From: a virus
Lineage: Duplodnaviria > Caudoviricetes
Reading direction: 5' to 3' (one strand)
IMG/VR virus record: IMGVR_UViG_3300038675_000085
Coordinates: 1-25,274 of that record
Length of the DNA: 25,274 nucleotides
Shown here: positions 25,228-25,274 of the stretch, piece by piece
Position numbering within the stretch: the stretch's first letter is position 1
How the letters are laid out: the number at the start of each line of letters is the position of its first letter
Translations under genes and position numbers: made by a program
Notes under the pieces: generated by a model
The model's database searches: none
Told to the model about the DNA's origin: nothing
Seen by the model: the letters and a program-made list of their open reading frames with translations, nothing else

Positions 25228-25274
25228 GATTAATCCTCCTATTTACCGCGATTGATTTTGCGGCTTGCCCTCGC

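Noticed and set aside
19176-25245. Recurring GAGG(G)ATTAA-type sequence before several early genes
   Set aside because: Short and centred on the Shine-Dalgarno sequence; not distinguishable from ordinary RBS similarity.
1-25274. Stop-codon reassignment
   Set aside because: Core genes are intact under the standard code, and TAA, TAG and TGA all end genes; the broken ORFs near 18.0-18.4 kb are explained by deletions.

Overview
This window is a contiguous piece of a tailed dsDNA phage or prophage genome, most likely infecting a Bacillota (Clostridia-like) host. Nearly all genes are on the minus strand. Read from right to left it contains: (1) a recombination/replication module (SbcC-like ATPase, RecT-like annealase, MBL hydrolase, GIY-YIG protein, VRR-NUC nuclease, DUF4373-type initiator with iterons); (2) small accessory ORFs, including two methyltransferase genes collapsed to stubs; (3) an ArpU/RinA-like late activator and its promoter; (4) TerS, TerL, SPP1-type portal, minor capsid, scaffold and a major capsid protein with a C-terminal extension; (5) a Tad1-like anti-defence sponge gene behind a structured RNA; (6) a compact neck/tail block with no full-length tape measure gene; (7) an oppositely oriented AT-rich membrane-protein moron with a consensus leaderless promoter; (8) a BspA-type LRR/InlB-B-repeat tail adhesin whose C-terminal module start is repeated in the next gene at the window edge. 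No integrase, lysin, tRNA, rRNA or CRISPR array is visible. All family assignments come from motif recognition by eye, not from database searches.
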